A DNA stretch of 64,000 nucleotides. Origin: Camelus dromedarius (Eukaryota). This document shows positions 49,681 through 62,559 of this stretch, piece by piece. A model generated the notes under the pieces. That model did not search any database. It was not told the DNA's origin and saw only the letters and a program-made list of their open reading frames with translations. Numbering within the stretch: the first letter of the stretch is position 1; each line of letters starts with the position of its first letter. The stretch is from positions 47,308,001 through 47,372,000 of the forward strand of contig NC_087436.1 of assembly GCF_036321535.1 (NCBI RefSeq), written 5' to 3'. The translations under genes were made by a program, and so were the position numbers.

Positions 49681-50973
49681 GTTCTGAATTTGTGACAACA
49701 TAGTGGATTTGGTTATGCTGAAGTTTCCTTTTGCCCTATCAAAATGGCTTGATACAGAAATTTATAACAGGTGTGAGACTTTAAAGACTGTTTAAGACAA
49801 ATTGTTTTTAAACCTGGGAGTCCAATTTGCATATAGTTAACATCCTAGTCTTAAAGAAGGATATACTATATTTTTTTGTTAAAATTTTTGGCATGATTCT
49901 TATGATAGTTATACATATATGTTATTATATGAAAGTTATAAAATTGTATTTATTTAAAGTAAATATATAGCTTAGACATTGATTTTTGACCTGATTTTCA
50001 CCATCTTTCTCTAATCAATTGCATTAGTGAGAAAGGGTAAACAATTTCTAGGAAGTACATACAATTGTTGGCTGCAATCACATTCAAAGATTTACAATAC
50101 TTGTTGCTCAGTTTGGTTCCAAAAGATATATTTTGCTCACATTTTGAAATGTTTGACATTCAGAGTATAACACACATTATAATCCTTGTCCCTGAACCTC
50201 TGCATTGGGAAAGTGGCTATGAAGGAATTTCACTCTTTTCCTTATGCTTCACAGTTACCGAATTTCATGGAAATTGTGAAAGGACCCCAGGGGTGGCTCT
50301 GATGTTTTTAAAACTGATTTGGATACCCAGCTGCCATTGCCATTGCAAGAGAATTCGGAAGGCAAACAGAGAATGTGACTTCCTTGCCACTTTGGGGAGA
50401 GAAAAGCATATTTTAAGAGTTCCAGTAGAATAAAAAAATTAAGGTGGATTAATTTAAACAACAACAACAAAAATAAAGACACAGCTTAGCTGGTCCTCTA
50501 TTTACTTATTCCTGCTGTGCTAGCATAAGAAAAGCTAATTTTATCATCTCTCAGTGATATTATCTGAGGTAACAATGGAGACGTTCCAGAATGCAAATTC
50601 ACAGAATGTGCTTTAGACTAAGACAGATACTTCAGGATAAGTCGGACATCTGCTGGGATGAAACTCCAGGAGGGTGGGTACAACTTCTGTGTCCCCAGCA
50701 CATACAATAGCCTTTCATTGATGGCCATGTAAATGCTTTCTAATTTTTCTCAATTACAAACAATGCCGTACTAATATTTTTGTATATACTCTCTGTGCAC
50801 ATGTTTGAATAGGTCTGAAGAATACATTTCTAGAAATGAAACTGCTGATTAAAGAGCAACTATGTCTTGCATTACCATAGCTATCTCCAAAGTATCCTTC
50901 AAGGAAGTCACAGGAATCTACACTTTCTGAAATTTGTGTTTCAGAAATACTGACTCAAGAATACAGTCACTAG

Positions 50974-52505
50974 GAAAAAAGAACATAGCTGGAGGAACCA
51001 TGCTCCCTGACTTCAGAGTATATTACAACACTACAGTAATCAAAATGGTGTGGTTATGGCACAAAAATGCATACAGATTGATGGAGTAGAATAGAGAGCC
51101 CAGAAATAAGCCCATGCACATATGGTCAATTAATCTATGACAAAGGAGGGAAAAATATACAATGAGGAAAAGATAGTCTCTTCAATAAGTGGTGCTGGGA
51201 AAACTGGACAGTTACATGTAAAAGAATGAAATTAGAACATTTTCTCACATAATATACAAAAATAAACTCAAAATGGATTAAAGACTTAATCAATACCAGA
51301 AATCATAAAACTCCTAGAAGAAAACATAGGCAGAACACTCTTTGACATGAATAGTAGCAATATTTTCTTGGACCTGTCTCCTCAGGCAAATGAAACAAAA
51401 GCAAAAATAAACAAATGAAACCTAATTAAACTTAAAAGCTTTGGTACAGCAAAGGAAACCCTTGACAAAACAAAAAGACAACCTACTGAATGGGAGAAAA
51501 TATTTGCAAGTGATATATCTGATGAGGGGTTAATAGCCAAAATATCTAAGCAGCTCATTAAAAAAACAAATTAAATTTGTCCTGATTAAAAAATGGGCAG
51601 AAGACCTAAATAGACATTTTTCCAAGGAAGACATACAGATGACCAACAAACACATGAAAACATTCTCAATATCACTAATCATCAGGGAAATATAAATCAA
51701 AGCCAAAATAAGTTATCACCTCACACCTGTTGGCATGGCTATCATCAAAAAGACCACAAATAAACGTTGGTGAGGATGTGCAGAAAAGGGAACACTTGAA
51801 CATTGTTGGTAGGAATGTAAATTGGTGCAGCCACTGTAGAAAACATTATGGAGGTTCCTCAAAAAGCTAAAAATAGAATTACCATATGATCCAGCAATTT
51901 CACTCCTGTGCATATATCTAATGGAAACAAAAACATTAATTTGAGAAGATACATACACCCTCATGTTCATAGCAGCATTATTTACAAAAGCCAAGATATG
52001 AAAGCAGCCTAAGTGTCCAACAATAGATGAATGGATAAAAAAATCTGTGATACACATACATAGTGGAATATTACTCAGCCATAAAAATGAATGAAAATAT
52101 GCCATTTGCAACAACAAACAGATAGACCTGGAGGGTATTATACTTAGAAAATAAGTATAATACAAATACTACATGTTTTCACTTTGATGTGGCATCTAAA
52201 ATACAAAATAAACAAAGCAATATAACAAAATAGAAACAGGCTCACAGATATAGACCACAAACTAGTGGTTACTAGTGAGGAGAGAGGTGGGGGGAGGGGC
52301 AAGATAGGAATAGGGGATTAAGAGATACAAACTCCTTTGTAGAAAATAAATTAGCTACAAGGATATATTATACAGCACAGGGAATATAGCCAATATTTTA
52401 TAATAACTTTAAATGGAGTATAATCTATAAAAGTAGTGAATAACTATGTTGTACACCTGAAACTACTATAATATTGTAAATGAACTATACAGGTAAAAAA
52501 AAAAA
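50974..52505 (+). mobile_element. 5'-truncated LINE-1 (1.5 kb; ORF2 C-terminus, 3' UTR, poly-A)
   Basis: Collinear with 21965-23480; poly-A tail; TSD aagaatacagtcactag (50957-50973) / aagagtacagtcactag (52506-52522). Confidence 0.95.
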
Positions 52506-53174
52506 AAGAGTACAGTCACTAGAGAGACAGTTGTAAGCTGTGTGTGTGTGTGTTCCTTAGAGATGAAAGCATACTGCCTTAGATTCCTGTTGAACTTTAA
52601 AGATTCTACCTTGCATTCTCTTCATTCTCCAGAGAACTGGGTTGATGGCAGCTTCTATTCTCTACACTCTGAGACCTAAGACATCATTTCTGGTGACTTA
52701 TTATGATACTTTGGTGTGTTTTGAAGAACTCTTCAGTTTGTTTGGTCATCTGTGCTTTGCTTCTTTCCTTTTGCCAGTGTTTTGATAGGGAATAGATACG
52801 GCAGAGGGAACGATATCCATGGAGGAGGTAGGGAGGGAGGTAAAACTCCTTCTGCATTTGTGTGTATTTCTAACCAGATTGTAGGTATGAGGGACAGAAG
52901 TTGACCAGGGAATCTCTAAAAGGGCAGATTTTGGAAGCACATGGAAAGAAGCATAGAGAGGTTACCCAAGCTGAGTACTTAGATTGCAGGCTCTGGTTTA
53001 AAAGGTGCAGCAGAAATATGGAAAACAAATACACTGAAAATTCTTCAGCAGTTATCTTTCAGGACCAAGCCTTTTTATTCTTTTTGACTTTTTTATATTT
53101 TAGAATGTTCCTACAGTGAACATACAATATTGGAATTTATTAGATTTCCAAATTAGAAAGAAGAAAAGAAAACT

Positions 53175-53375
53175 AAAGAACTTTGGTTTTAGTTCTAACA
53201 CTTATTAACTCTGTGACCTTGGGCAATTTTTAAAATCTTGCTTAGCCTCAGTCCTCTCAGTCTTAAAATATGAATAAATAAGTTAACTGTGAGGATTAAA
53301 TGAGATAATATATTAAAAAATATTTTGTATACATTGAGGACCTGGTATATAGTAGAGCCCAATGAATTGTCTCAT
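53175..53375 (+). mobile_element. MIR SINE
   Basis: ctctgtgaccttgggcaa...agcctcagt...gtgaggattaaatgagataata...cctggtatatagtag. Confidence 0.8.
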
Positions 53376-53596
53376 CATGTATCATTTTTATTACCAGGGC
53401 GTTAATGGTAATAACAACTTATATATAGGACTAGTGGACTATTCCAAAGATATTAAGTGATAAGAACTTTTTTAGATAGAGCATAATTGAAAAAGCATTG
53501 GAATTCTCAGGAAATCAAGTACAAGGATACTAAAAATAAACACTACACGTTTCTCAAAAATAATGCTTTTTTACAAGTGGCCTTTGAATAGAGATT

Positions 53597-53747
53597 TATT
53601 TTGTTTTATTTTATTTTATTTTATTTTATTTTATTTTATTTTATTTTATTTTATTTTATTTTATTTTTTATGGAGGTACTGGAGGTTGAACCAAGGGCCT
53701 CACACATGCTAAGTATGGGCTCTACCACTGAGCTATACCCATCCCTC
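53597..53747 (-). mobile_element. tRNA-Ala SINE with expanded (TTTTA)n tail (~53601-53670)
   Basis: atggaggtactggaggttgaaccaagggcctcacacatgctaagtatgggctctaccactgagctatacccc; TSD atagagatt (53588-53596, 53748-53756). Confidence 0.92.
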
Positions 53748-54829
53748 ATAGAGATTCTTTTAAATCTGAGGAAAACTTTATATATTTTAGATTAATAGTT
53801 TATAATAGGTGATCTATACCCTCCAGATTTCCTTGTGAAACATTTTGGAATCAGACCAATATATGTTACTGCTGGTCATAATGCTAGCACCAATATTTAT
53901 TATTTGGGTATTCAAACAGAGTCCAAGATATTGTTTATGCTCTTTTAAGTTCAAGCTCTCAGTTTTTGATAAAGTTCTCCTTTATGGATAAAATCCCCAA
54001 AGCCAACCAATTGGAAACACTAATTCTTAAAGTTTTTAATTTGTTTATCAATAATCTAGAGATAATTTCACTTAACTTTGGAGTATTTTTTGTGTGTGTG
54101 TCACAGTTGAAAATGGAATGTTATGATGCCTTAGAATTCTCATATTAAGAGAAATAAAGCCACATTAAATTTCTGGCTGAGGATGCTGGGAGAGGCAGGG
54201 TTCAACTTCTTTAATTTTAGTCCTTCAAAATCATTTTACCACCTCAGCTTCTCTGCTGCCTGTAAGCAGACTCCTTTCTCTGACTATCCCAAAAGCACTA
54301 GCCTCAACTGGTTTCTTCGCGTTTTCTTGTTTTTCAGAGTTCATGATTTCTGTCTCCTTCATGTTGTGAAAAGTCTCTTGGGTTTTTTATGGCTAAGTGA
54401 TGGACATTGTTATTAGAATTTTCATTAAAACTGATTGTATATAAATATGAAAAAGAGGCTTTTGGTCATCTACTTTGAAATCCTGACTCTAAATACTTGA
54501 ATTGTTATTGCCATTTATTTTCTTATTTTTTTAATTACAGTTTATTTTCAAATCAAGCTTGGTATATTTAAAGAGCTTACTTCATCAGAAATATATGTTA
54601 ATGTATATTCCTTTACAGGAAAAAATGATAGATTTTTTAAAAAATACAACTTTTTAAAGAATTTGAACTGCAGGTATGTTATAAAGTTTAAAATTTTTTA
54701 AATATCTTTGTATCCTCAGAGCCTAACACAGTGCCTGGCACTTGCACGCCCTTGGGGAGGGTTTGTTCATGCTTAAGCAACTGTTCATTTGGTTAAAAAT
54801 CTTTCCAAGTATTTATTTGGTCATAAGTG

Positions 54830-55110
54830 GATCTGTGTTATCAGCCCTTCTGCATATTAAACCATCTTGCCGATTTTAAAAATGCCAATGCTTAGTACCC
54901 ATGGCAGGACAATTTAGTACCTCATTTTGTATTATTTCAAAGTTTTCCAAAAAAATATGAAAAGGAATATATGTATGTGTATGTATATATATGACTGAAA
55001 CATTATGCTGTACATCAGAAATAGACACAACATTGTAAACCGACTATATTTCAATTAAAAAAAAAAAGCTTTCCAGGTGATTCTAATGTGAACTGGGGCT
55101 GAGAACCACT
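54830..55110. mobile_element. MER5A-type hAT MITE split by a ~115-bp L1 3' end (54950-55064, plus strand)
   Basis: Right half ctttccaggtgattctaatgtgaactggggctgagaaccact. L1 tail gacacaacattgtaaaccgactata plus poly-A. TSD aaagttttcca (54939-54949) / aaagctttcca (55065-55075). Confidence 0.75.
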
Positions 55111-56749
55111 TATGGAGATAAAATTTTTTAGAAATTTATTTTAACCTTTGCCTGATTACAGGTTTTGATTTTATAATCATTTATATTTAATAATTTAGGT
55201 TCCCTATGAGATTTAACATAGACATTTACCCAATCTTTTTTAAGCCAAAAAAAAAAATAGTTTCTCTAGCTTCTTTTTCTTCCCACTTTTATTTAGTACA
55301 CTTAAAAATTCAGTATGAGAAAGATAGGGATCTCGTAGTTTACAGAGTTTTGCTTTCTTAGCCTTTGTTCCACCCACTGGGTTTATTTTGACTTTACCCT
55401 TTGGTCACTAGTATGGAAATGAGCTCTAGAAATGGTAGTTGACATGTACACGTGCGTAGTTAGTGAGGGGACTCTCTTACAAATACTGTTTGTAATCCAA
55501 CAAATAGTGGCTTTGGGACTTGAAAAATTCAATGAGAGAGTAGAGTTAAATTTTTTTTCCTGCCGCCCCCAAATTTAAAAGCTATTTAAAGTTCAATGAG
55601 TTTTTCCCTTCAAAGGCAAAACAAAGTTAAATTAAGGGGTTTAAAATCACAGTTCTGAGTGTGATGTTTTTAAAAAGACATATTTTTGTAGCTAGTTTAG
55701 GGTATAGTTTTTCCCTACAGTTATAAACACTGCCTTCTAATCTTTTTCTTCCATAGTCCTAGCCTGTTTTTATGACTCAAGAGTAAGAAGTACCAGAATT
55801 AAAGGGCTTTTTGGTGTCCTTTTGTAGTAAAACACTGTATTCCTTTCACAGTAAATGGAACAGCCACAAAAATTATGATCCTACGTGTAAGATAAGTAGA
55901 TGGATAAATACAGTGGTTTTAAAAAGAACTATCCCACACAAGAATATAAACAAGAAAATGTTTGTTTATTGGATAAAAACGCCCTATCAGTAGAGCACAA
56001 AATTTTGGGAAAATGTTTATTCTAGACAAATTAGCTTTACTGGAAAATCATGAAAAATAGGTCATTTCAAATTACACGCAAATACCTTTGTACCAAGTTT
56101 CTCAGGTACAAAGTGAAGAGAAAAATTGACTATTAGGGGAAAATCTAGTCAGCCAAACTAGACCACTTAGACTACCCAAAATTCATTCTAATTAGATTTA
56201 GTTAAATTAGGATAATTACCAGTTTTGAATTTGTTTTTATATTTCATTACATTTTCTCATTCTTTTTCATTACCACGTATGATTATAATTTCACTACCCA
56301 GTAAACTTAAAAAATTTTTAATTTTTTATCTTAAATAGAATAACAATCGTATTACTTCTTGTCAAGATTATAACACTCTTAAATTAACAAATTAAACTAC
56401 CTAATTGTTTGGTCAATACCTACTTATGGAAATGGATTTTGACGTAAACAAGTCTAAAAGCTAAACTTTGAATTAGCCCATGTGCATGGATTTATGCTTC
56501 ACTCTGTGTTTCCCCTCATACCTTTCAACGTGTGTGTATAAACTAAATGAACTCAATGCTTTAAAAATTTGGGAAACTAACCAGAAAGCATGTCTGTAAT
56601 GATTCAAACTGTTGTGACTGTACACACATATCAAAAATATTAAGTAGATTTGGGAAAAGTACAATCAAATTACCTGTGAAATTAATAGGAGAGTTCTACT
56701 ACCAAACATGAAATCGTGCCATATTTAGGTTTTCTACTCCTGACTATAT

Positions 56750-56896
56750 ATTTCCATTTTCACTTTTTTTCACTCCTTTATTTTCTTCTCTCCTCTCTCC
56801 CCTCTCCCTTCTTCTCCCCTCTCCACCTCCCTTCCCTCTCCCACCCTGCTGCTCTCCTTCATATCTCTTTTTTCCTTCCTTCCTTTCCTTCTTCCA
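56750..56896. repeat. Polypyrimidine low-complexity tract abutting an L2 tail
   Basis: CT-rich run seen directly; followed by reverse L2 end aaatatgtagtgagtccatgctatgc. Confidence 0.8.
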
Positions 56897-57069
56897 TAAA
56901 ATATGTAGTGAGTCCATGCTATGCATCCAATATTGTGTTAGCTGTGGAGACATGTGGAGATGTAGACACCTAATCTCCCTTTAATGGCGACTTTTATTCT
57001 AAGCTGGAAGACTCAGGTGGAAAATTGGGAAACAAAATGAGAAATTACAATAGTATTAAATAATATTAA

Positions 57070-57320
57070 TAATAATTTGCAAATGTTTTCTCCATCAATG
57101 CTGTTCTAGCCATGTTAATTGTATTTTCTATCTTATCCTCACAGCAACCCTATGAAACTAGTAGATTTGCTTCCCCTCTTCTGCAGAAGGTGAAACTGAG
57201 GCCCTGAGAAAGTTAAATAAATTGGCCAGGGGTGCAGAGCTAGTAAATGGTGGGAAGTCATTCAAATGCAGGGAGTCTGACTCCAGAACCTGCAGTCTTA
57301 ACCACTAAATTGTACTACCC
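57070..57320 (-). mobile_element. MIR SINE
   Basis: atcctcacagcaaccctatga...gaaactgaggccctgagaaagttaaataaattggccagggg...gtctgactccagaacc. Confidence 0.85.
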
Positions 57321-57899
57321 ACTAGAGAAATTCTTTGATTGACAAGAAGGGAGTAAATTAAACAGCTTGCTTGTTTATTTTGACCACAAAAATTTAAAAA
57401 ATTTTATATATATATATATATACACACATAGTGCCTTTTATATGCATATAATTTTGACCCAGCTTAGTAGTGAACCTTTCATCTTGGTTATGTGACTACT
57501 ATGGGTTGTTTTACTAAGGTTTATTTCATATTTATCTTTTAATGTATGGGATTCAATTCTGCTTGAAAATACGCTCCAAATTTTGACTGCAGAACTAGAA
57601 GTTATTTTGGTTGCAAACTAGATTGATCAAATAAACCTTCTAAATAAATGGCTTTTCAAATGAGTTTGGCAAAGCCTACGTGTGTAGTGAAGACAAATTT
57701 CATGTTTAAGCAATGGAGTGTTCCCTCAGGATTGTCCCCTGAGGAGAGGATGGTTAATATTGTACAACTAGCATTTCCCATGGCAATTCTGAGATAAATA
57801 TGGGAATCCTTCAGTTTGGGAATTGATGTGCTGTCTACAGCTACAGTCTTATCCAAAGGTTAATATTTCAGATTCCTAAAGAAAGATGCTTCAGTTATA

Positions 57900-57988
57900 G
57901 TGTGTGTGTGTGTGTGTGTGTGTGTGTCTGTGTGTGTGTGTGTGTGTGTCTGTGTGTCTGTGTGTCTGTGTGTCTGTGTGTCTGTGTC
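57900..57988. repeat. (TG)n / (TGTGTC)n microsatellite
   Basis: Seen directly. Confidence 0.95.
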
Positions 57989-58062
57989 TTATATATACAT
58001 GTCAAGTGGTTTCTAATTTTTTTACATGTAAACGTGCTAGATAATCTTAGAGGGGAAAAAAA

Positions 58063-59119
58063 CAGTTCTTTGTATATTTTGGATAACAGTTCTTTATCAA
58101 ATATGTCTTTTGCAAATATTTTCTCTCAGTCTGTACCTTGTCTTCTCATTCTCTTGACATTGTCTTTCATAGAACACAAGTTTTTAATTTTAGAGAAGTG
58201 CAGATTATCAATTATTTCCTTCATAGATTGTGCCTTTGTTGTGGTATCTAAAAAGTCATCTTCATACTCAAGATGAGTTAGGTTTTCTCCTATGTTATTT
58301 CCTAGAAGTTTTATAGTTCTGCATTTCATATTTAGATCTATGATTCATTTTTAGTTAATTTTTCAAAAGGGTGTATGCTTTGTGTCTAGATTCTTTTTTT
58401 TTTTTTTTGCATGAGTGAATGACCAGTTGTTCAAGTACCACTTATTGAAAAGTCTTTGCTCCATTGTCAAACATTGGTTGACTTCATTTATGTGCATCTC
58501 TTTCTAGAGTCTCTATTCTGTTCCATTGACTTGTCCATCATTCTTTCACCAATATCATACTCTCTTGATTACTGTAACTTTATAGTAAGTCTTGAAGTAA
58601 GGTAGTGCCAGTTCTCTGACTCTGTTCTTTAACATTGATATGACTATTCTGGGGCTTTTCCCTCTCCATATAAACTTTAGAATCAGATTCTTGATATTCA
58701 CACAATAACTTGCTGGGATTTTGATGGGATTGCACTGAATCTATAGATCAAGTTGGAAAGAACTGTCATCTTGACAATATCGAGTCTTCTTATCTAAGAA
58801 CATGGAATATCTCTCCATTTATTTAGTTCTTTTATATCGTTCATCAGAGCTTTGTAGTTTTCCTTATGTAGATCCTGTACATATTTTGTTAAATTTATAT
58901 GTATTTCATTTTAGGGGTGGTTATTTAAATGGTAAATTTCAAGTTTTCCACTTGTTCATTGCTAGTATATAATAAAGTGACTGGCTTTTGTATATTAATC
59001 TATATCCTGTAACCTCACTATAATCACTTAGTTCCCGGATGTTTTTTTTGTTGTTGTTGTTTTGGTTTGGTTTTTTTTGGTTGATTCTTTCAGAGTTTTT
59101 ACATAGACAATTATATCAT
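58063..59119 (-). mobile_element. Old LINE-1 ORF2 segment from the RT DD motif to the C-terminal region
   Basis: Minus strand reads DDIIVYVKTLKESTK...; ORF 58126-58329 (TIKLLGNNIGENL...DFLDTTTKAQSMKEIIDNLHFSKIKNLCSMKDNVKRMRRQGTD) is ORF2-like. Confidence 0.9.
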
Positions 59120-59360
59120 CCCTGCCTTGGTTTCCCTGCAGGTTTCTGGTTTCTGCTCATGGGTTTCTGCTCTGGTAAGTTGTGATTCTTTGTATCTGTC
59201 TGTCTGTCTCTCCAATTTCAAGGCAGCAGTTTGCCCTGTGACTTTACTTCTCTGAAGACTTCAAGAAGAGTTGATTTTTCTGTTTGTCCAGCTTCTTACT
59301 TGTTGTTAGGACAGAGTGGTGACTTCTAGGCTCCATGTATACTGGACCAGAAACCCAGAA
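59120..59360 (-). mobile_element. L1 5' terminus (L1MC/L1MD-type 5' UTR), fused to the ORF2 segment
   Basis: Minus strand ttctggtccagtatacatggagcctagaagtcaccactctgtcctaacaacaagtaagaagctggacaaac...gatacaaagaatcacaacttaccagagcagaaacc matches the recalled L1MC/MD 5' end. Confidence 0.7.
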
Positions 59361-59954
59361 ACCCGGGTTTTCCCCTTATTGCCTTTTAATAGTTGATTCT
59401 GTTTCATATTTCACTGAAGTGGGCTTTTAGTTGTAAACATTTTCAAATAAATGCATTCCTGTCACTATTAGAGCTACATATTCTAATAAACTGCTTCCAT
59501 TACTTATTAAATTCAATTCTAGTGCTTCTCCACTGTTAGAATGATTTTCAGTATAGACATTTGTGCCAGTGAGACATATTTATAGTCAAATGTAAGTACA
59601 AAATCACTCTGTAAGCTTACACATTATTTTGAACTATCTGCCACTTTGCCCTCCTATTTCTGTGAAGACTGAATTTACTATAAATAAGGTGATTTAACCA
59701 ATAAGGTCAGATAAAACTGTTACTATTCTAAAGCGACTGGAAATAAATGAAGCTTCTTTGTGTTTCATACCCCCAGGATTTTTTTAAAGGCACAATTTTG
59801 ATGTTACTTGGTTATCTACTAACAAGTAGATTTTGATTATTTTAGCAGCAGAGGAAAAATAATTACTCATAAGTTTGAATCTGTCTTTTTAAAAAATATA
59901 TGGTAGGAGCATAACATATGTTCAAAAAACCTTTTTTAAACTTAATTATCTTTT

Positions 59955-60470
59955 TAAAAAATGTTTTAATAGATAATAATAGAAAAATGCAAAAAAACCT
60001 CAAACAGCATCCAGTATAAAGTATGTTTTCCCTGACCCCTTAGTCACATCCTTGCCCAGAGGAAACCGCTGTCACCAGTTTTCTTGTATATCTTCCTAGA
60101 GATAGTCTATGAATGTATTTTCAAAATAAATGGTGATGATCACAAATGCCAGACATTTATCCCAGACACTGTTTCAAACATTTTACATAAACCCTCACAC
60201 TAGCTGTACTATAGGTACTTAACCCTATGATAGCATTGTTTAAAAATACAGAAATGGAGGAAGAGAAGAGTTAACTAATTGTCTGAGGTCACGGAGTAGT
60301 TTGGAAGAGTTGAGATTACATTCCAGGTAGTTTGACTCCAAAGCCCAGGCTTTTAGTCATTATGTTATCTGTATACACCATTTTGTACCTTTCATTTTTC
60401 ACTTAATATTTTATCTTGGAAATCACTTCTATCAAGACATACAGAACTAACCCAATCTTCGAATACTATT
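59955..60470 (-). mobile_element. L1ME-like fragment interrupted by a MIR (~60135-60370)
   Basis: cccagaggaaaccgctgtcaccagttttcttgtatatccttcct-like block and ttttcacttaatattttatcttggaaat; MIR core gaggtcacggagtag...tttgactccaaagccc. Confidence 0.6.
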
Positions 60471-60483
60471 GCATTATATCAGT

Positions 60484-60641
60484 TCCCAACTAGGGACATC
60501 TGGCTACATCTAAGGAAGTTTTTTGTTGTCACAACTGGAGTGGAGGCTGGCTGCTGGTATCTGGTAGGTAGAAGGACATCCCCTCACAACAAAGAATTAT
60601 GCTGCTCACAACAGCAATAGTACTAATGTTGAGAAAGCCTG
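60484..60641. mobile_element. MER20 (hAT-Charlie)
   Basis: agggacatctggc...ttttttgttgtcacaactgg...gctggtatctggtaggtaga...cacaacaaagaattat...gttgagaaagcctg. Confidence 0.8.
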
Positions 60642-61149
60642 TGATATACTTTTATTTAACCTGTTACTTATTTTTTGAAACAAAAAAAAAATTCAAGCTA
60701 AAAATATGCACAATCAGAATTTTGTGCCTATTTGCACTCTAATTTACATACGATGAAAGAGAAAAAAGAAGCAAAATCTAAAATTGACAACTCTAGATGA
60801 TTTTGAGGATTTATGGAAACTTATATGCTTATCTGTAAAACCCTTAAGGATTCTGAGAAGGTCAAGATGGAGAAGGCCCAAAATTGAAATCATTTTTTCA
60901 CTGACCTGGTTAAGCTTTTCCATTGGGGTGATAACCCATCAAAATACAAAACTGACTTCCATTTGCCAAATGAACATTCTGGTGAGCCAGAATGAGTGCA
61001 ACTTCAGAGAAAATTGGGCTCTCATTTCCCCTTAGGTAGAGAGCCCTGAACAGCCTGGCCTAGTCTGTTGTTTCTTCTGGAGCCATTTTAAAAAGCTGCC
61101 AGAGTGGACCATCTAGAAAGATAAATAACAATTCCATAATGAGTTTTAT

Positions 61150-62135
61150 TAAGATAATTTATATTTTCCATGTCTTTCAAAAATAATAGTCATACATAAT
61201 TGTGGTAATTCAAATAACACTGAAGGATATAAAGTAAAAAGTAAAAGCTTCTCTCACTGCCTGACTAATCCTACTTTCCAAGGATAATCACTACTAAGAG
61301 TTTGTTATGTATTCTTCTGGATTTATTTCTTATATGTGTACAAACATCTATGTGTATATTTATTATAAATACGTATGTATAGTATTTTTCCCCAAAGCAA
61401 TGAATGCTGTTTATCTAAAACTTGTTTTCCCACCCCTACTCCACCACCATTCACCAGTTTATAATGGATATTCTCCAAGTTAACCCAAACACATCTAACT
61501 CATTATTTCTAATGACCATATAATATATTACATATAGGTCTACCAAAATTTATTTAGCTATTTATTACCTTATAGTTGAAAATTTAGATTCTTTTTAATT
61601 TTTACTATTAGATAATGCAGCAAAGAGCATGTATATGCTTACACACTTCTGTAATTACCTCTCAAGGATAAAATCCAAGAGATGGATTTTCTAGGTCAGA
61701 GGATGTGTGCATCTTAAATTGGTAAGTATTGTCAGTGCATGAGTCCCTATTTGCCCACATCCTATTTAAAAAAATTGGAAGCAATTGTAAGTGACTAATG
61801 ATGGAGAAACAAATAATTATGGTACTACAATAGAGAAGAATTATTATATAGATATTAATAGACAGATTATTATATAAATACTAAAATAAGTATGAAGGAG
61901 GTCTTACAACATGAAATGTTTATACTATAATACTAAGGTAAAAAGGAGAATGCTTTTGTAAAGTATGTAAAATTATATGTGTATTGGGATGAGAAATGAA
62001 AGAGTTACATGAAAAAAGTAAAAACAGTTTCTTTGGGTGGTAGAAGTACAGGTAATTTTTTTCCTTTTTTGTTTTCTGTTATTATTATTATGTTGTTTCC
62101 ACAATAAATACAACAAAATGATAACCTTTAATTTA
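61150..62135. mobile_element. Ancient L1ME-like fragments (minus ~61150-61760; plus ~61780-62135)
   Basis: AT-rich L1ME-like motifs (ggataaaatccaagagatggattttctaggtcagagg; aaataattatggtactacaatag). Confidence 0.5.
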
Positions 62136-62559
62136 TAAGAAAGACCAATATAAAAATAAATTCTTATCAGATTTATTGGTGCCTCGATCGAGCTTTGATT
62201 TGCTATTTGTCCATCCAAATAGACAATGAAGAATTACATGTGTGTTCATGTTGTTGGGATTAGGTACTTTAAAGAGATAGTCCTTTTTAAATAGCAAATA
62301 GAAAAATATATCTGGCACATCACATTGTGAAAATTACTGGTATGGTACCAACCCAATAGATTCAGCACAGTCTCTTGAATTTGGACAAATGTTAATTTGT
62401 TTAAATTTTCCTTTTGCCTGAGAAGGTCATACAAATTTTCAATTTTTTTCTTTGATAAGTATTATTTTCAAGTTGTATGATAAAAACCAAATTTCCAAGG
62501 ATGATAACATAGCAGAATTTTGATAAGAAATATCTTTGCCAGTCCTGAAGCAGGTTTTG

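Noticed and set aside
51716..52165. 149-aa minus-strand ORF (and similar ones at 3122-3438 and 22473-22967)
   Set aside because: Antisense frames of L1 3' ends; they recur because the repeat recurs.
53601..53795. FYFILFYFILF repeat protein ORF
   Set aside because: Translation of the (TTTTA)n SINE tail.
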